Positions 14,321-30,700 of a stretch of 64,000 nucleotides of DNA are shown one piece after another. The number at the start of each line of letters is the position of its first letter. Positions within the stretch are counted from its first letter, which is position 1. Under the pieces are notes generated by a model. That model was not told where the DNA came from, ran no database searches, and worked only from the letters and a program-made list of their open reading frames with translations. Source of the DNA: Eledone cirrhosa (Eukaryota); contig OZ024743.1 of assembly GCA_964016885.1 (NCBI GenBank), positions 174,654,001-174,718,000 of the forward strand. The letters are read 5' to 3'. Made by a program: the position numbers and the translations under genes.

Positions 14321-17300
14321 TTATATAGGATGTCGGTAGTCTTTGATATACTGTACCTGTTATATAGGATGTAGGTAGTCTTTGATATACTATACCTGTT
14401 ATATAGGATATAGTCTTTGATATACTGTACCTGTTATGTAGGATGTAGGTAGTCTTTGATATACTGTACCTGTTATATGAGATGTAGGAAGTCTTTGATA
14501 TACTGTACTTGTTATATAGGATGTAGGTAGTCCTTGATATACTGTACCTGTTATATAGGATGTAGGTAGTCTTTGATATACTGTACCTGTTATATAGGAT
14601 GTAGGTTGTCTTTGATATACTGTACCTGTTATATAGGTTGTAGGTAGTCTTTGATATACTGTACCTGCTATATAGGATGTAGGTAGTCTTTGATATACTG
14701 TACCTGTTATATAGGATGTAGGTAGTCTTTGATATACTGTACCTGTTATATAGGATGTAGGTAGTCTTTGATATACTGTACCTGTTATATAGGATGTAGG
14801 TAGTGTTTGATATACTGTACCTGTTATATAGGATGTAGGTAGTCTTTGATATACTGTACCTGTTATATATGATGTAGGTAGTCTTTGATATACTGTACCT
14901 GTTATATGAGATGTAGGAAGTCTTTGATATACTGTACCTGTTATATGAGATGTAGGAAGTCTTTGATATGCTTTACCTGTTATATAGGATGTAGGTAGTC
15001 TTTGATATACTGTACCTGTTATATAGGATGTAGGTAGTCTTTGATATACTGTACCTGTTATATAGGATGTAGGTAGTCTTTGATATACTGTACCTATTAT
15101 ATGAGATGTAGGAAGTCTTTGATATACTGTACCTGTTATATAGGATGTAGGTAGTCTTTGATATAATGTACCTGTTATACAGGATGTAGGTAGTCTTTGA
15201 TATACTGTACCTGTTAAATAGGATGTAGGTAGTCTTTGATATACTGTATCTGTTATATAGGATGTAGGTAGTCTTTGATATACTGTACCTGTTATATAGG
15301 ATGTAGGTAGTCTTTGATATACTGTACCTTTTATATAGGATGTAGGTAGTCTTTGATATACTGTACCTGTTATATAGGATGTAGGTAGTCTTTGATATAC
15401 TGTACCTGTTATATGAGATATAGGAAGTCTTTGATATACTGTACCTGTTATATAGGATGTCGGTAGTCTTTGATATACTGTACCTGTTATATGAGATGTA
15501 GGAAGTCTTTGATATACTGTACCTGTTATATAGGATGTAGGTAGTCTTTGATATACTGTACCTGTTAAATAGGATGTAGGTAGTCTTTGATATACTGTAC
15601 CTGTTATATAGGATGTAGGTAGTCTTTGATATACTGTACCTGTTATATAGGATGTAGGTAGTCTTTGATATACTGTACCTGTTATATGGGATGTCGGTAG
15701 TCTTTGATATACTGTACCTGTTATATAGGATGTAGGTAGTCTTTGATATACTGTACCTGTTATATATGATGTAGGTAGTCTTTGATATACTGTACCAGTT
15801 ATATAGGATGTATGTAGTCTTTGATATACTGTACTTGTTATATAGGATGTAGGTAGTCTTTGATATACTGTACCTGTTATATAGGATGTAGGTAGTCTTT
15901 GATATACTGTACATGTTATATAGGATGTCGGTAGTCTTTGATATACTGTACCTGTTATATAGGATGTAGGTAGTTTTGATATACTTTACCTGTTATATAT
16001 GATGTAGGTAGTCTTTGATATACCGTACCTGTTACATAGGATGTATGTAGTCTTTGATATACTGTACCTGTTATATAGGATGTAGGTAGTCTTTGATATA
16101 CTGTACCTGTTACATAGGATGTAGGTAGTCTTTGATATACTGTACCTGTTATATAGGATGTCGGTAGTCTTTGATATACTGTACCTGTTATATAGGATGT
16201 AGGTAGTCTTTGATATACTATACCTGTTATATAGGATATAGTCTTTGATATACTGTACCTGTTATGTAGGATGTAGGTAGTCTTTGATATACTGTACCTG
16301 TTATATGAGATGTAGGAAGTCTTTGATATACTGTACTTGTTATATAGGATGTAGGTAGTCCTTGATATACTGTACCTGTTATATAGGATGTAGGTAGTCT
16401 TTGATATACTGTACCTGTTATATAGGATGTAGGTTGTCTTTGATATACTGTACCTGTTATATAGGTTGTAGGTAGTCTTTGATATACTGTACCTGCTATA
16501 TAGGATGTAGGTAGTCTTTGATATACTGTACCTGTTATATAGGATGTAGGTAGTCTTTGATATACTGTACCTGTTATATAGGATGTAGGTAGTCTTTGAT
16601 ATACTGTACCTGTTATATAGGATGTAGGTAGTGTTTGATATACTGTACCTGTTATATAGGATGTAGGTAGTCTTTGATATACTGTACCTGTTATATATGA
16701 TGTAGGTAGTCTTTGATATACTGTACCTGTTATATGAGATGTAGGAAGTCTTTGATATACTGTACCTGTTATATGAGATGTAGGAAGTCTTTGATATGCT
16801 TTACCTGTTATATAGGATGTAGGTAGTCTTTGATATACTGTACCTGTTATATAGGATGTAGGTAGTCTTTGATATACTGTACCTGTTATATAGGATGTAG
16901 GTAGTCTTTGATATACTGTACCTATTATATGAGATGTAGGAAGTCTTTGATATACTGTACCTGTTATATAGGATGTAGGTAGTCTTTGATATAATGTACC
17001 TGTTATACAGGATGTAGGTAGTCTTTGATATACTGTACCTGTTAAATAGGATGTAGGTAGTCTTTGATATACTGTACCTGTTATATAGGATGTAGGTAGT
17101 CTTTGATATACTGTACCTGTTATATGAGATATAGGAAGTCTTTGATATACTGTACCTGTTATATAGGATGTCGGTAGTCTTTGATATACTGTACCTGTTA
17201 TATGAGATGTAGGAAGTCTTTGATATACTGTACCTGTTATATAGGATGTAGGTAGTCTTTGATATACTGTACCTGTTAAATAGGATGTAGGTAGTCTTTG

Positions 17301-20300
17301 ATATACTGTACCTGTTATATAGGATGTAGGTAGTCTTTGATATACTGTACCTGTTATATGGGATGTCGGTAGTCTTTGATATACTGTACCTGTTATATAG
17401 GATGTAGGTAGTCTTTGATATACTGTACCTGTTATATATGATGTAGGTAGTCTTTGATATACTGTACCAGTTATATAGGATGTATGTAGTCTTTGATATA
17501 CTGTACCTGTTATATAGGATGTAGGTAGTCTTTGATATACTGTACCTGTTATATAGGATGTAGGTAGTCTTTGATATACTGTACATGTTATATAGGATGT
17601 CGGTAGTCTTTGATATACTGTACCTGTTATATAGGATGTAGGTAGTTTTGATATACTTTACCTGTTATATATGATGTAGGTAGTCTTTGATATACCGTAC
17701 CTGTTACATAGGATGTATGTAGTCTTTGATATACTGTACCTGTTATATAGGATGTAGGTAGTCTTTGATATACTGTACCTGTTACATAGGATGTAGGTAG
17801 TCTTTGATATACTGTACCTGTTATATAGGATGTCGGTAGTCTTTGATATACTGTACCTGTTATATAGGATGTAGGTAGTCTTTGATATACTATACCTGTT
17901 ATATAGGATATAGTCTTTGATATACTGTACCTGTTATGTAGGATGTAGGTAGTCTTTGATATACTGTACCTGTTATATGAGATGTAGGAAGTCTTTGATA
18001 TACTGTACTTGTTATATAGGATGTAGGTAGTCCTTGATATACTGTACCTGTTATATAGGATGTAGGTAGTCTTTGATATACTGTACCTGTTATATAGGAT
18101 GTAGGTTGTCTTTGATATACTGTACCTGTTATATAGGTTGTAGGTAGTCTTTGATATACTGTACCTGCTATATAGGATGTAGGTAGTCTTTGATATACTG
18201 TACCTGTTATATAGGATGTAGGTAGTCTTTGATATACTGTACCTGTTATATAGGATGTAGGTAGTCTTTGATATACTGTACCTGTTATATAGGATGTAGG
18301 TAGTGTTTGATATACTGTACCTGTTATATAGGATGTAGGTAGTCTTTGATATACTGTACCTGTTATATATGATGTAGGTAGTCTTTGATATACTGTACCT
18401 GTTATATGAGATGTAGGAAGTCTTTGATATACTGTACCTGTTATATGAGATGTAGGAAGTCTTTGATATGCTTTACCTGTTATATAGGATGTAGGTAGTC
18501 TTTGATATACTGTACCTGTTATATAGGATGTAGGTAGTCTTTGATATACTGTACCTGTTATATAGGATGTAGGTAGTCTTTGATATACTGTACCTATTAT
18601 ATGAGATGTAGGAAGTCTTTGATATACTGTACCTGTTATATAGGATGTAGGTAGTCTTTGATATAATGTACCTGTTATACAGGATGTAGGTAGTCTTTGA
18701 TATACTGTACCTGTTAAATAGGATGTAGGTAGTCTTTGATATACTGTATCTGTTATATAGGATGTAGGTAGTCTTTGATATACTGTACCTGTTATATAGG
18801 ATGTAGGTAGTCTTTGATATACTGTACCTTTTATATAGGATGTAGGTAGTCTTTGATATACTGTACCTGTTATATAGGATGTAGGTAGTCTTTGATATAC
18901 TGTACCTGTTATATGAGATATAGGAAGTCTTTGATATACTGTACCTGTTATATAGGATGTCGGTAGTCTTTGATATACTGTACCTGTTATATGAGATGTA
19001 GGAAGTCTTTGATATACTGTACCTGTTATATAGGATGTAGGTAGTCTTTGATATACTGTACCTGTTAAATAGGATGTAGGTAGTCTTTGATATACTGTAC
19101 CTGTTATATAGGATGTAGGTAGTCTTTGATATACTGTACCTGTTATATAGGATGTAGGTAGTCTTTGATATACTGTACCTGTTATATGGGATGTCGGTAG
19201 TCTTTGATATACTGTACCTGTTATATAGGATGTAGGTAGTCTTTGATATACTGTACCTGTTATATATGATGTAGGTAGTCTTTGATATACTGTACCAGTT
19301 ATATAGGATGTATGTAGTCTTTGATATACTGTACTTGTTATATAGGATGTAGGTAGTCTTTGATATACTGTACCTGTTATATAGGATGTAGGTAGTCTTT
19401 GATATACTGTACATGTTATATAGGATGTCGGTAGTCTTTGATATACTGTACCTGTTATATAGGATGTAGGTAGTTTTGATATACTTTACCTGTTATATAT
19501 GATGTAGGTAGTCTTTGATATACCGTACCTGTTACATAGGATGTATGTAGTCTTTGATATACTGTACCTGTTATATAGGATGTAGGTAGTCTTTGATATA
19601 CTGTACCTGTTACATAGGATGTAGGTAGTCTTTGATATACTGTACCTGTTATATAGGATGTCGGTAGTCTTTGATATACTGTACCTGTTATATAGGATGT
19701 AGGTAGTCTTTGATATACTATACCTGTTATATAGGATATAGTCTTTGATATACTGTACCTGTTATGTAGGATGTAGGTAGTCTTTGATATACTGTACCTG
19801 TTATATGAGATGTAGGAAGTCTTTGATATACTGTACTTGTTATATAGGATGTAGGTAGTCCTTGATATACTGTACCTGTTATATAGGATGTAGGTAGTCT
19901 TTGATATACTGTACCTGTTATATAGGATGTAGGTTGTCTTTGATATACTGTACCTGTTATATAGGTTGTAGGTAGTCTTTGATATACTGTACCTGCTATA
20001 TAGGATGTAGGTAGTCTTTGATATACTGTACCTGTTATATAGGATGTAGGTAGTCTTTGATATACTGTACCTGTTATATAGGATGTAGGTAGTCTTTGAT
20101 ATACTGTACCTGTTATATAGGATGTAGGTAGTGTTTGATATACTGTACCTGTTATATAGGATGTAGGTAGTCTTTGATATACTGTACCTGTTATATATGA
20201 TGTAGGTAGTCTTTGATATACTGTACCTGTTATATGAGATGTAGGAAGTCTTTGATATACTGTACCTGTTATATGAGATGTAGGAAGTCTTTGATATGCT

Positions 20301-20570
20301 TTACCTGTTATATAGGATGTAGGTAGTCTTTGATATACTGTACCTGTTATATAGGATGTAGGTAGTCTTTGATATACTGTACCTGTTATATAGGATGTAG
20401 GTAGTCTTTGATATACTGTACCTATTATATGAGATGTAGGAAGTCTTTGATATACTGTACCTGTTATATAGGATGTAGGTAGTCTTTGATATAATGTACC
20501 TGTTATACAGGATGTAGGTAGTCTTTGATATACTGTACCTGTTAAATAGGATGTAGGTAGTCTTTGATAT
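13450..20570 (+). repeat. Domain B HOR: 47-monomer (1,828 bp) units with one 43-monomer (1,672 bp) unit, ~3.5-4 copies
   Basis: GATATGCTTTACC marker at 14973, 16801, 18473 and 20301 (spacings 1828, 1672, 1828). Each unit contains one 38-bp and one 35-bp monomer (47x39-5, 43x39-5). Confidence 0.92.
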
Positions 20571-22290
20571 ACTGTACCTGTTATATAGGATGTAGGTAGT
20601 CTTTGATATATTGTACCTGTTATATAGGATGTAGGTAGTCTTTGATATACTGTACCTGTTATATAGGATGTAGGTAGTCTTTGATATACTGTACCTGTTA
20701 TATATGATGTAGGTAGTCTTTGATATACTGTACCTGTTATATAGGATGTATGTAGTCTTTGATATACTGTACCTGTTATATAGGATGTAGGTAGTCTTTG
20801 ATATACTGTACCTGTTATATAGGATGTAGGTAGTCTTTGATATACCGTACCTGTTATATAGGATGTAGGTAGTCTTTGATATACTGTACCTGTTATATAG
20901 GATGTAGGTAGTCTTTGATATACTGTACCTGTTATATAGGTTGTAGGTAGTGTTTGATATACTGTACCTGTTACATAGGATGTATGTAGTCTTTGATATA
21001 CTGTACCTGTTATATAGGATGTAGGTAGTCTTTGATATACTGTACCTGTTATATAGGATGTAGGTAGTCTTTGATATACTGTACCTGTTATATAGGATGT
21101 AGGTAGTGTTTGATATACTGTACCTGTTATATAGGATGTAGGTAGTCTTTGATATACTGTACATGTTATATAGGATGTAGGTAGTCTTTGATATACTGTA
21201 CCTGTTATATAGGATGTAGGTAGTCTTTGATATACTGTACCTGTTATATAGGATGTAGGTAGTCTTTGATATACTGTACCTATTATATGAGATGTAGGAA
21301 GTCTTTGATATACTCTACCTGTTATATAGGATGTAGGTAGTCTTTGATATACTGTACCTGTTATACAGGATGTAGGTAGTCTTTGATATACTGTACCTGT
21401 TAAATAGGATGTAGGTAGTCTTTGATATACTGTACCTGTTATATAGGATGTAGGTAGTCTTTGATATACTGTACCTGTTATATAGGATGTAGGTAGTCTT
21501 TGATATACTGTACCTGTTATATAGGATGTAGGTAGTCTTTGATATACTGTACCTGTTATATATGATGTAGGTAGTCTTTGATATACTGTACCTGTTATAT
21601 AGGATGTATGTAGTCTTTGATATACTGTACCTGTTATATAGGATGTAGGTAGTCTTTGATATACTGTACCTGTTATATAAGATGTAGGTAGTCTTTGATA
21701 TACTGTACCTGTTATATAGGATGTAGGTAGTCTTTGATATACTGTACCTGTTATATAGGATGTAGGTAGTCTTTGATATACTGTACCTGTTATATAGGTT
21801 GTAGGTAGTGTTTGATATACTGTACCTGTTACATAGGATGCATGTAGTCTTTGATATACTGTACCTGTTATATAGGATGTAGGTAGTCTTTGATATACTG
21901 TACCTGTTATATAGGATGTAGGTAGTCTTTGATATACTGTACCTGTTATATAGGATGTAGGTAGTGTTTGATATACTGTACCTGTTACATAGGATGTATG
22001 TAGTCTTTGATATACTGTACCTGTTACATAGGATGTAGGTAGTCTTTGATATACTGTACCTGTTATATAGGATGTAGGTAGTCTTTGATATACTGTACCT
22101 GTTATATAGGATGTAGGTAGTCTTTGATATACTGTACCTGTTATATAGGATGTAGGTAGTCTTTGATATACTGTACCTGTTATATAGGATGTAGGTAGTC
22201 TTAGGATATACTGTACCTGTTATATAGGATGTAGGTAGTCTTTGATATACTGTACCTGTTACATAGGATGTATGTAGTCTTTGATATACT
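20490..22290 (+). repeat. Domain A-type block re-occurring inside domain B (copy of ~8,890-10,690)
   Basis: Constant offset of 11,598 for T21C (8910/20508), C13A (ORF starts 9566/21164) and the 40-bp monomer (10605/22203). Confidence 0.88.
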
Positions 22291-24739
22291 GTACCTGTTA
22301 CATAGGATGTAGGTAGTCTTTGATATACTGTACCTGTTATATAGGATGTAGGTAGTCTTTGATATACTGTACCTGTTATATAGGATGTAGGTAGTCTTTG
22401 ATATACTGTACCTGTTATATAGGATGTAGGTAGTCTTTGATATACTGTACCTGTTATATAGGATGTAGGTAGTCTTTGATATACTGTACCTGTTACATAG
22501 GATGTAGGTAGTCTTTGATATACTGTACCTGTTATATATGATGTAGGTAGTCTTTGATATACTGTACCTGTTATATAGTATGTAGGTAGTCTTTGATATA
22601 CTGTACCTGTTATATAGGATGTAGGTAGTCTTTGATATACTGTACCTGTTATATAGGATGTAGGTAGTCTTTGATATACTGTACCTGTTATATAGGATGT
22701 AGGTAGTCTTTGATATACTGTACCTGTTATATAGGATGTAGGTAGTGTTTGATATACTGTACCTGTTACATAGGATGTATGTAGTCTTTGATATACTGTA
22801 CCTGTTATATAGGATGTAGGTAGTCTTTGATATACTGTACCTGTTATATAGGATGTAGGTAGTCTTTGATATACTGTACCTGTTATATAGGATGTAGGTA
22901 GTCTTTGATATACTGTACCTGTTATATAGGATGTAGGTAGTCTTTGATATACTGTACCTGTTACATAGGATGTAGGTAGTCTTTGATATACTGTACCTTT
23001 TATATAGGATGTAGGTAGTCTTTGATATACTGTATCTGTTATATAGGATGTAGGTAGTCTTTGATATACTGTACCTGTTATATAGGATGTAGGTAGTCTT
23101 TGATATACTGTACCTGTTATATAGGATGTAGGTAGTCTTTGATATACTGTACCTGTTATATAGGATGTAGGTAGTCTTTGATATACTGTACCTGTTATAT
23201 GAGATATAGGAAGTCTTTGATATACTGTACCTGTTATATAGGATGTCGGTAGTCTTTGATATACTGTACCTGTTATATGAGATGTAGGAAGTCTTTGATA
23301 TACTGTACCTGTTATATAGGATGTAGGTAGTCTTTGATATACTGTACCTGTTAAATAGGATGTAGGTAGTCTTTGATATACTGTACCTGTTATATAGGAT
23401 GTAGGTAGTCTTTGATATACTGTACCTGTTATATAGGATGTAGGTAGTCTTTGATATACTGTACCTGTTATATAGGATGTAGGTAGTCTTTGATATACTG
23501 TACCTGTTATATGGGATGTCGGTAGTCTTTGATATACTGTACCTGTTATATAGGATGTAGGTAGTCTTTGATATACTGTACCTGTTATATATGATGTAGG
23601 TAGTCTTTGATATACTGTACCAGTTATATAGGATGTATGTAGTCTTTGATATACTGTACCTGTTATATAGGATGTAGGTAGTCTTTGATATACTGTACCT
23701 GTTATATAGGATGTAGGTAGTCTTTGATATACTGTACATGTTATATAGGATGTCGGTAGTCTTTGATATACTGTACCTGTTATATAGGATGTAGGTAGTT
23801 TTGATATACTTTACCTGTTATATATGATGTAGGTAGTCTTTGATATACCGTACCTGTTACATAGGATGTATGTAGTCTTTGATATACTGTACCTGTTATA
23901 TAGGATGTAGGTAGTCTTTGATATACTGTACCTGTTACATAGGATGTAGGTAGTCTTTGATATACTGTACCTGTTATATAGGATGTCGGTAGTCTTTGAT
24001 ATACTGTACCTGTTATATAGGATGTAGGTAGTCTTTGATATACTATACCTGTTATATAGGATATAGTCTTTGATATACTGTACCTGTTATGTAGGATGTA
24101 GGTAGTCTTTGATATACTGTACCTGTTATATGAGATGTAGGAAGTCTTTGATATACTGTACTTGTTATATAGGATGTAGGTAGTCCTTGATATACTGTAC
24201 CTGTTATATAGGATGTCGGTAGTCTTTGATATACTGTACCTGTTATATAGGATGTAGGTAGTCTTTGATATACTGTACCTGTTATATAGGATGTAGGTAG
24301 TCTTTGATATACTGTACCTGCTATATAGGATGTAGGTAGTCTTTGATATACTGTACCTGTTATATAGGATGTAGGTAGTCTTTGATATACTGTACCTGTT
24401 ATATAGGATGTAGGTAGTCTTTGATATACTGTACCTGTTATATAGGATGTAGGTAGTGTTTGATATACTGTACCTGTTATATAGGATGTAGGTAGTCTTT
24501 GATATACTGTACCTGTTATATATGATGTAGTTAGTCTTTGATATACTGTACCTGTTATATGAGATGTAGGAAGTCTTTGATATACTGTACCTGTTATATG
24601 AGATGTAGGAAGTCTTTGATATGCTTTACCTGTTATATAGGATGTAGGTAGTCTTTGATATACTGTACCTGTTATATAGGATGTATGTAGTCTTTGATAT
24701 ACTGTACCTGTTATATAGGATGTAGGTAGTCTTTGATAT

Positions 24740-27700
24740 ACTGTACCTTTTATATATGATGTAGGTAGTCTTTGATATACTGTACCTGTTACATAGGATG
24801 TATGTAGTCTTTGATATACTGTACCTGTTATATAGGATGTAGGTAGTCCTTGATATACTGTACCTGTTACATAGGATGTAGGTAGTCTTTGATCTACTGT
24901 ACCTGTTATATAGGATGTAGGTAGTCTTTGATATACTGTACCTGTTATATAGGATGTAGGTAGTGTTTGATATACTGTACCTGTTATATGAGATATAGGA
25001 AGTCTTTGATATACTGTACTTGTTATATAGGATGTCGGTAGTCTTTGATATACTGTACCTGTTATATGAGATGTAGGAAGTCTTTGATATACTGTACCTG
25101 TTATATAGGATGTAGGTAGTCTTTGATATACTGTACCTGTTATATAGGATGTAGGTAGTCCTTGATATACTGTACCTGTTACATAGGATGTAGGTAGTCT
25201 TTGATCTACTGTACCTGTTATATAGGATGTAGGTAGTCTTTGATATACTGTACCTGTTATATAGGATGTAGGTAGTCTTTGATATACTGTACCTGTTATA
25301 TGAGATATAGGAAGTCTTTGATATACTGTACCTGTTATATAGGATGTCGGTAGTCTTTGATATACTGTACCTGTTATATGAGATGTAGGAAGTCTTTGAT
25401 ATACTGTACCTGTTATATAGGATGTAGGTAGTCTTTGATATACTGTACCTGTTATATAGGATGTCGGTAGTCTTTGATATACTGTACCTGTTATATAGGA
25501 TGTAGGTAGTCTTTGATATACTGTACCTGTTATATAGGATGTAGGTAGTCTTTGATATACTGTACCTGTTATATAGGATGTAGGTAGTCTTTGATATACT
25601 GTACTTGTTATATAGGATGTAGGTAGTCTTTGATATACTATACCTGTTATATAGGATGTAGTCTTTGATATACTGTACCTGTTATATAGGATGTAGGTAG
25701 TCTTTGATATACTGTACCTGTTATATGAGATGTAGGAAGTCTTTGATATACTGTACTTGTTATATAGGATGTAGGTAGTGTTTGATATACTGTACCTGTT
25801 ATATAGGATGTAGGTAGTCTTTGATATACTGTACCTGTTATATAGGATGTAGGTAGTCTTTGATATACTGTACCTGTTATATAGGATGTAGGTAGTCTTT
25901 GATATACTGAACCTGTTATATAGGATGTAGGTAGTCTTTGATATACTGTACCTGTTATATAGGATGTAGGTAGTCTTTGATATACTGTACCTGTTATATA
26001 GGATGTAGGTAGTGTTTGATATACTGTACCTGTTATATAGGATGTAGGTAGTCTTTGATATACTGTACCTGTTATATAGGATGTAGGTAGTGTTTGATAT
26101 ACTGTACCTGTTATATAGGATGTAGGTAGTCTTTGATATACTGTACCTGTTATATGAGATGTAGGAAGTCTTTGATATACTGTACCTGTTATATGAGATG
26201 TAGGAAGTCTTTGATATGCTGTACCTGTTATATAGGATGTAGGTAGTGTTTGATATACTGTACCTGTTATATATGATGTAGGTAGTCTTTGATATACTGT
26301 ACCTGTTACATAGGATGTATGTTGTCTTTGATATACTGTACCTGTTACATAGGATGTAGGTAGTCTTTGATATACTGTACCTGTTATATAGGATGTAGGT
26401 AGTCTTTGATATACTGTACCTTTTATATATGATGTAGGTAGTCTTTGATATACTGTACCTGTTATATGAGATATAGGAAGTCTTTGATATACTGTACCTG
26501 TTATATAGGATGTAGGTAGTCTTTGATATACTGTACCTGTTATATAGGATGTCGGTAGTCTTTGATATACTGTACCTGTTATATAGGATGTAGGTAGTCT
26601 TTGATATACTGTACCTGTTATATAGGATGTAGGTAGTCTTTGATATACTGTACCTGTTATATAGGATGTAGGTAGTCTTTGATATACTGTACTTGTTATA
26701 TAGGATGTAGGTAGTCTTTGATATACTATACCTGTTATATAGGATGTAGTCTTTGATATACTGTACCTGTTATATAGGATGTAGGTAGTCTTTGATATAC
26801 TGTACCTGTTATATGAGATGTAGGAAGTCTTTGATATACTGTACTTGTTATATAGGTTGTAGGTAGTGTTTGATATACTGTACCTGTTATATAGGATGTA
26901 GGTAGTCTTTGATATACTGTACCTGTTATATAGGATGTAGGTAGTCTTTGATATACTGTACCTGTTATATAGGATGTAGGTAGTCTTTGATATACTGTAC
27001 CTGTTATATAGGATGTAGGTAGTCTTTGATATACTGTACCTGTTATATAGGATGTAGGTAGTCTTTGATATACTGTACCTGTTATATAGGATGTAGGTAG
27101 TCTTTGATATACTGTACCTGTTATATAGGATGTAGGTAGTCTTTGATATACTGTACCTGTTATATAGGATGTAGGTAGTGTTTGATATACTGTACCTGTT
27201 ATATAGGATGTAGGTAGTCTTTGATATACTGTACCTGTTATATAGGATGTAGGTAGTGTTTGATATACTGTACCTGTTATATAGGATGTAGGTAGTCTTT
27301 GATATACTGTACCTGTTATATGAGATGTAGGAAGTCTTTGATATACTGTACCTGTTATATGAGATGTAGGAAGTCTTTGATATGCTGTACCTGTTATATA
27401 GGATGTAGGTAGTGTTTGATATACTGTACCTGTTATATATGATGTAGGTAGTCTTTGATATACTGTACCTGTTACATAGGATGTATGTTGTCTTTGATAT
27501 ACTGTACCTGTTACATAGGATGTAGGTAGTCTTTGATATACTGTACCTGTTATATAGGATGTAGGTAGTCTTTGATATACTGTACCTTTTATATATGATG
27601 TAGGTAGTCTTTGATATACTGTACCTGTTACATAGGATGTATGTAGTCTTTGATATACTGTACCTGTTATATAGGATGTAGGTAGTCCTTGATATACTGT

Positions 27701-30700
27701 ACCTGTTACATAGGATGTAGGTAGTCTTTGATCTACTGTACCTGTTATATAGGATGTAGGTAGTCTTTGATATACTGTACCTGTTATATAGGATGTAGGT
27801 AGTGTTTGATATACTGTACCTGTTATATGAGATATAGGAAGTCTTTGATATACTGTACTTGTTATATAGGATGTCGGTAGTCTTTGATATACTGTACCTG
27901 TTATATGAGATGTAGGAAGTCTTTGATATACTGTACCTGTTATATAGGATGTAGGTAGTCTTTGATATACTGTACCTGTTATATAGGATGTAGGTAGTCC
28001 TTGATATACTGTACCTGTTACATAGGATGTAGGTAGTCTTTGATCTACTGTACCTGTTATATAGGATGTAGGTAGTCTTTGATATACTGTACCTGTTATA
28101 TAGGATGTAGGTAGTCTTTGATATACTGTACCTGTTATATGAGATATAGGAAGTCTTTGATATACTGTACCTGTTATATAGGATGTCGGTAGTCTTTGAT
28201 ATACTGTACCTGTTATATGAGATGTAGGAAGTCTTTGATATACTGTACCTGTTATATAGGATGTAGGTAGTCTTTGATATACTGTACCTGTTATATAGGA
28301 TGTAGGTAGTCCTTGATATACTGTACCTGTTACATAGGATGTAGGTAGTCTTTGATCTACTGTACCTGTTATATAGGATGTAGGTAGTCTTTGATATACT
28401 GTACCTGTTATATAGGATGTAGGTAGTCTTTGATATACTGTACCTGTTATATGAGATATAGGAAGTCTTTGATATACTGTACCTGTTATATAGGATGTCG
28501 GTAGTCTTTGATATACTGTACCTGTTATATAGGATGTAGGTAGTGTTTGATATACTGTACCTGTTATATAGGATGTAGGTAGTCTTTGATATACTGTACC
28601 TGTTATATATGATGTAGGTAGTCTTTGATATACTGTACCTGTTATATGAGATGTAGGAAGTCTTTGATATACTGTACCTGTTATATGAGATGTAGGAAGT
28701 CTTTGATATGCTTTACCTGTTATATAGGATGTAGGTAGTCTTTGATATACTGTACCTGTTATATAGGATGTATGTAGTCTTTGATATACTGTACCTGTTA
28801 TATAGGATGTAGGTAGTCTTTGATATACTGTACCTTTTATATATGATGTAGGTAGTCTTTGATATACTGTACCTGTTACATAGGATGTATGTAGTCTTTG
28901 ATATACTGTACCTGTTATATAGGATGTAGGTAGTCCTTGATATACTGTACCTGTTACATAGGATGTAGGTAGTCTTTGATCTACTGTACCTGTTATATAG
29001 GATGTAGGTAGTCTTTGATATACTGTACCTGTTATATAGGATGTAGGTAGTGTTTGATATACTGTACCTGTTATATGAGATATAGGAAGTCTTTGATATA
29101 CTGTACTTGTTATATAGGATGTCGGTAGTCTTTGATATACTGTACCTGTTATATGAGATGTAGGAAGTCTTTGATATACTGTAGCTGTTATATAGGATGT
29201 AGGTAGTCTTTGATATACTGTACCTGTTATATAGGATGTAGGTAGTCCTTGATATACTGTACCTGTTACATAGGATGTAGGTAGTCTTTGATCTACTGTA
29301 CCTGTTATATAGGATGTAGGTAGTCTTTGATATACTGTACCTGTTATATAGGATGTAGGTAGTCTTTGATATACTGTACCTGTTATATGAGATATAGGAA
29401 GTCTTTGATATACTGTACCTGTTATATAGGATGTCGGTAGTCTTTGATATACTGTACCTGTTATATGAGATGTAGGAAGTCTTTGATATACTGTACCTGT
29501 TATATAGGATGTAGGTAGTCTTTGATATACTGTACCTGTTAAATAGGATGTAGGTAGTCTTTGATATACTGTACCTGTTATATAGGGTGTAGGTAGTCTT
29601 TGATATACTGTACCTGTTATATAGGATGTAGGTAGTCTTTGATATACTGTATCTGTTATATAGGATGTAGGTAGTCTTTGATATACTGTACCTGTTATAT
29701 GGGATGTCGGTAGTCTTTGATATACTGTACCTGTTATATAGGATGTAGGTAGTCTTTGATATACTGTACCTGTTATATATGATGTAGGTAGTCTTTGATA
29801 TACTGTACCAGTTATATAGGATGTATGTAGTCTTTGATATACTGTACCTGTTATATAGGATGTAGGTAGTCTTTGATATACTGTACCTGTTATATAGGAT
29901 GTAGGTAGTCTTTGATATACTGTACCTGTTATATAGGATGTCGGTAGTCTTTGATATACTGTACCTGTTATATAGGATGTAGGTAGTTTTGATATACTTT
30001 ACCTGTTATATATGATGTAGGTAGTCTTTGATATACCGTACCTGTTACATAGGATGTATGTAGTCTTTGATATACTGTACCTGTTATATAGGATGTAGGT
30101 AGTCTTTGATATACTGTACCTGTTATATAGGATGTCGGTAGTCTTTGATATACTGTACCTGTTATATAGGATGTAGGTAGTCTTTGATATACTGTACCTG
30201 TTATATAGGATGTAGGTAGTCTTTGATATACTGTACCTGTTATATGAGATGTAGGCAGTCTTTGATATACTGTACTTGTTATATAGGATGTAGGTAGTCC
30301 TTGATATACTGTACCTGTTATATAGGATGTAGGTAGTCTTTGATATACTGTACCTGTTATATAGGATGTAGGTAGTCTTTGATATACTGTACCTGTTATA
30401 TAGGATGTAGGTAGTCTTTGATATACTGTACCTGTTATATAGGATGTAGGTAGTCTTTGATATACTGTACCTGTTATATAGGATGTAGGTAGTCTTTGAT
30501 ATACTGTACCTGTTATATAGGATGTAGGTAGTCTTTGATATACTGTACCTGTTATATAGGATGTAGGTAGTCTTTGATATACTGTACCTGTTATATAGGA
30601 TGTAGGTAGTCTTTGATATACTGTACCTGTTATATATGATGTAGGTAGTCTTTGATATACTGTACCTGTTATATGAGATGTAGGAAGTCTTTGATATACT

